From NCBI RefSeq assembly GCF_045037415.1, contig NZ_CP173438.1: a DNA stretch of 64,000 nt. One strand, given 5' to 3'. A program made the translations under genes and the position numbers. The stretch is from Escherichia coli. GTDB lineage: Bacteria; Pseudomonadota; Gammaproteobacteria; Enterobacterales; Enterobacteriaceae. Shown piece by piece: positions 59,667 through 64,000 of this stretch. The notes beneath the pieces are model-generated. The model did no database searches. It saw nothing but the letters and a program-made list of their open reading frames with translations, and was not told the origin of the DNA. Within the stretch, counting starts at the first letter, position 1. Each line of letters opens with the position of its first letter.

Positions 59667-60161
59667 TTAGCGCGTCTTAATAACCAGACGATTACTCTGC
59701 TTGACTTCTTCCATAACAACGTATGTCCGTGTGTCATTGACGCCAGGCAGACGCAGCAGGGTTTCCCCCAGTAACTTACGGTAAGCAGACATATCCGGCA
59801 CGCGTGTTTTCAACAGGTAGTCGAAATCACCGGATACTAAATGACACTCCTGAATTTCTTCAAGTTTTTGTACAGCGGTATTGAATTGTTCAAACACATC
59901 CGGTGCGCCACGATTCAGAGTAATCTCAACGAATACCAGAAGTGATGCATCCAGATAATGGGGGTTCAGCAGCGCCGTATAGCCCTGAATAAACCCTTGT
60001 CTTTCCAGCCGACGCACACGCTCAAGGCACGGCGTTGGGGAAAGTCCCACACGTTTAGAAAGCTCGACGTTAGAAATACGCCCATCCTTTTGCAACTCAT
60101 TAAGAATGTTACGATCGATACGGTCGAGATCTTTGCCAGGGCGCTTCTTGCTATCTACCAT
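59667..60161 (-). CDS. lrp: Leucine-responsive regulatory protein
   Basis: ORF 59667..60215 trimmed to MVDSKKRPGKDLDRIDRNILNELQKDGRISNVELSKRVGLSPTPCLERVRRLE..., 164 aa. Confidence 0.9.
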   Translation of the reverse strand: MVDSKKRPGKDLDRIDRNILNELQKDGRISNVELSKRVGLSPTPCLERVRRLERQGFIQGYTALLNPHYLDASLLVFVEITLNRGAPDVFEQFNTAVQKLEEIQECHLVSGDFDYLLKTRVPDMSAYRKLLGETLLRLPGVNDTRTYVVMEEVKQSNRLVIKTR

Positions 60162-60575
60162 TATTATTGTCTCTCTGTATTCCTTCCCTACTCCTGTCTG
60201 ACCCTGAAACATCACTGTTCAGAGTCGCTACCCGTCACGATAGACCGAAATCATGAAGATTCACGGCGCGCAATGCCTGGGTCTACGGTGAGAAGACCGT
60301 TGCCTTGTGGCAGCTATCGACATCACGAATGGCGTCTGTCCACGCCATACGTAGATTTCACTAGCACGGTAAACATGGTATTTACATGCATGGTTATGCG
60401 CATATAAGAATACTGTTTTTTTTCTTCCTCGAATGTTTTCGCAAAACACCAGGGGATTGTCAAAGCAAAACATCGATTTTTAGTACAACATGCCAGATAT
60501 TCATTAACAGGGGCGTTTATTCATCATTTAATCGGCTTATAAAGCGGGAAATTTAAGTAGCAGAGGTGATAATGA

Positions 60576-61670
<1,095 letters not shown>

Positions 61671-61792
61671 TTTTACAAATCAGTAACAAAAGTAAAGAAG
61701 GCGACACCATGCGACTATGGGTCGCCTTTATTTTTTCCCCGTTGTAACATTGCTCTGCAAATAATTCTGATAACTCACCTGCTAAGCGTGCA

Positions 61793-63559
61793 ATGAATAA
61801 ATCCCGTCAAAAAGAATTAACCCGCTGGTTAAAACAGCAAAGCGTCATCTCCCAACGTTGGCTGAATATTTCTCGTCTGCTGGGCTTTGTGAGCGGCATA
61901 TTGATCATTGCCCAGGCCTGGTTCATGGCGCGAATTCTGCAACATATGATTATGGAGAATATTCCCCGTGAAGCCCTGCTGCTTCCCTTTACGTTACTGT
62001 TTCTGACCTTTGTACTGCGCGCATGGGTGGTCTGGTTACGCGAACGGGTGGGTTATCACGCCGGGCAGCATATCCGCTTTGCCATCCGCCGTCAGGTTCT
62101 CGACCGTCTGCAACAAGCAGGGCCAGCGTGGATTCAGGGTAAACCTGCGGGGAGCTGGGCGACGCTGGTACTCGAGCAAATTGACGATATGCATGATTAC
62201 TATGCACGCTACCTGCCGCAAATGGCGCTGGCAGTGTCGGTGCCGCTGCTGATTGTGGTGGCTATCTTCCCCTCTAACTGGGCCGCGGCGCTCATTCTGC
62301 TGGGCACTGCACCGCTAATTCCGTTATTTATGGCGCTGGTTGGAATGGGGGCTGCCGATGCTAACCGACGTAACTTTCTCGCTCTTGCTCGCTTAAGTGG
62401 GCATTTCCTCGATCGCCTGCGCGGCATGGAAACATTGCGTATTTTTGGTCGTGGTGAAGCTGAAATTGAAAGTATTCGTTCTGCTTCGGAAGATTTCCGC
62501 CAACGGACAATGGAAGTGCTACGGCTGGCGTTTTTATCCTCCGGCATTCTCGAATTTTTTACCTCGCTGTCGATTGCTCTGGTGGCGGTCTACTTTGGTT
62601 TTTCCTACCTCGGCGAGCTGGATTTTGGTCACTACGATACTGGCGTGACGCTGGCTGCGGGTTTTCTGGCCCTGATCCTTGCGCCAGAGTTTTTCCAGCC
62701 ATTACGCGATCTCGGTACGTTTTATCATGCTAAAGCCCAGGCTGTTGGTGCAGCTGACAGTTTGAAAACGTTTATGGAAACCCCGCTAGCCCATCCGCAG
62801 CGCGGTGAAGCGGAATTAGCATCGACCGATCCGGTGACCATTGAAGCCGAGGATCTGTTTATCACGTCGCCGGAAGGTAAAACGCTGGCCGGACCGCTGA
62901 ATTTTACTTTGCCAGCAGGCCAACGAGCAGTGTTGGTTGGTCGCAGCGGTTCAGGTAAAAGTTCACTGTTGAACGCGCTTTCTGGTTTTCTCTCATATCA
63001 GGGATCGCTACGAATCAACGGGATAGAATTACGCGATTTATCACCGGAATCATGGCGTAAACATCTCTCCTGGGTTGGGCAAAACCCACAATTACCGGCA
63101 GCAACATTACGGGATAACGTACTACTGGCGCGACCTGATGCCAGCGAACAAGAGTTACAAACAGCGCTGGATAACGCCTGGGTCAGTGAGTTTCTACCGC
63201 TCCTGCCACAAGGCGTTGATACGCCTGTTGGCGACCAGGCTGCCCGCCTTTCCGTGGGGCAGGCGCAGCGCGTGGCGGTGGCCCGTGCGTTACTAAATCC
63301 CTGTTCGCTATTACTGTTGGATGAACCCGCTGCCAGCCTTGATGCTCACAGTGAACAGCGCGTAATGGAGGCGCTGAATGCCGCCTCTCTGCGCCAGACA
63401 ACGTTAATGGTCACCCACCAGTTAGAAGATCTTGCTGACTGGGATGTCATTTGGGTAATGCAGGATGGTCAGATTATTGAGCAAGGACGTTACGCGGAAT
63501 TAAGTGTGGCTGGTGGCCCATTCGCCACATTACTGGCCCATCGTCAGGAGGAGATTTAA
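61793..63559 (+). CDS. cydD: ABC transporter CydD (cysteine/glutathione export for cytochrome bd assembly)
   Basis: 588 aa; N-terminal TM domain and C-terminal ABC domain (GRSGSGKSS, LSVGQAQRVAVARAL). Confidence 0.9.
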   Translation: MNKSRQKELTRWLKQQSVISQRWLNISRLLGFVSGILIIAQAWFMARILQHMIMENIPREALLLPFTLLFLTFVLRAWVVWLRERVGYHAGQHIRFAIRRQVLDRLQQAGPAWIQGKPAGSWATLVLEQIDDMHDYYARYLPQMALAVSVPLLIVVAIFPSNWAAALILLGTAPLIPLFMALVGMGAADANRRNFLALARLSGHFLDRLRGMETLRIFGRGEAEIESIRSASEDFRQRTMEVLRLAFLSSGILEFFTSLSIALVAVYFGFSYLGELDFGHYDTGVTLAAGFLALILAPEFFQPLRDLGTFYHAKAQAVGAADSLKTFMETPLAHPQRGEAELASTDPVTIEAEDLFITSPEGKTLAGPLNFTLPAGQRAVLVGRSGSGKSSLLNALSGFLSYQGSLRINGIELRDLSPESWRKHLSWVGQNPQLPAATLRDNVLLARPDASEQELQTALDNAWVSEFLPLLPQGVDTPVGDQAARLSVGQAQRVAVARALLNPCSLLLLDEPAASLDAHSEQRVMEALNAASLRQTTLMVTHQLEDLADWDVIWVMQDGQIIEQGRYAELSVAGGPFATLLAHRQEEI

Positions 63560-64000
63560 ATGCGCGCTTTGCTACCCTATCTGGCACTGTATAAACGTCA
63601 TAAATGGATGTTAAGTCTTGGTATCGTGCTGGCAATTGTCACGCTGCTCGCCAGTATCGGTCTGTTGACACTTTCGGGCTGGTTCCTCTCCGCCTCAGCG
63701 GTTGCGGGGGTTGCCGGACTGTACAGCTTCAACTATATGCTACCCGCTGCGGGCGTGCGTGGCGCAGCAATCACCCGTACTGCCGGGCGCTATTTTGAAC
63801 GCCTGGTAAGTCACGATGCGACTTTCCGCGTGTTGCAGCATCTGCGCATTTACACCTTCAGCAAATTACTGCCCCTCTCCCCTGCAGGACTGGCGCGCTA
63901 TCGTCAGGGCGAATTACTCAACCGCGTGGTGGCGGATGTTGATACGCTCGATCATCTTTACCTGCGCGTTATCTCGCCGCTGGTAGGCGCTTTTGTGGTG
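63560..64000 (+). CDS. cydC: ABC transporter CydC, N-terminal part; gene runs off the window end
   Basis: ATG 63560 overlapping the cydD stop; MRALLPYLALYKRHKWMLSLGIVLAIVTLLASIGLLTLSGWFL... Confidence 0.8.
   Translation, partial: MRALLPYLALYKRHKWMLSLGIVLAIVTLLASIGLLTLSGWFLSASAVAGVAGLYSFNYMLPAAGVRGAAITRTAGRYFERLVSHDATFRVLQHLRIYTFSKLLPLSPAGLARYRQGELLNRVVADVDTLDHLYLRVISPLVGAFVV

Overview
Escherichia coli chromosome, ycaP-ycaO-focA-pflB-pflA...dmsCBA | serS-rarA-lolA-ftsK-lrp-trxB-cydDC region (reverse-complement of the K-12 map orientation), interrupted by a ~38.7 kb P2-like (Peduovirus-type) prophage at 13220..51896. The prophage sits between the dmsA promoter and the serS terminator and is bounded by a 20-bp direct repeat (aaagcgcccgcaggcgcttt) that is the serS terminator hairpin. 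It has a P2-type integrase and C repressor, a long early operon ending in a gpA-type rolling-circle replication protein, a full P2-like head, lysis and tail gene set, and Ogr. Non-canonical cargo and architecture: (1) an AT-rich two-gene membrane-protein operon with a leader-peptide plus terminator arrangement in the slot where P2 carries old/tin - the best candidate for an undescribed defence or exclusion module; (2) a ParM/ParR-like actin-type partition pair after gene A; (3) a NanS-p-like sialate O-acetylesterase gene between the lysis cassette and tail genes; (4) a Gin/Pin-like invertase with gix-like sites flanking an invertible tail-fibre cassette; (5) the sheath-tube-E-T-U block on the opposite strand to canonical P2 synteny; (6) a Hok/Gef-family type I toxin locus next to attR; (7) an AT-rich convergent gene pair in the early region. 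Host side: the ycaK-ycaN-ycaM genes that I recall lying between pflA and ycaD in K-12 are absent, and FtsK carries an expanded PQ-rich linker repeat. All functional calls rest on reading the translated ORFs and on recalled family sequences; no database search was run.
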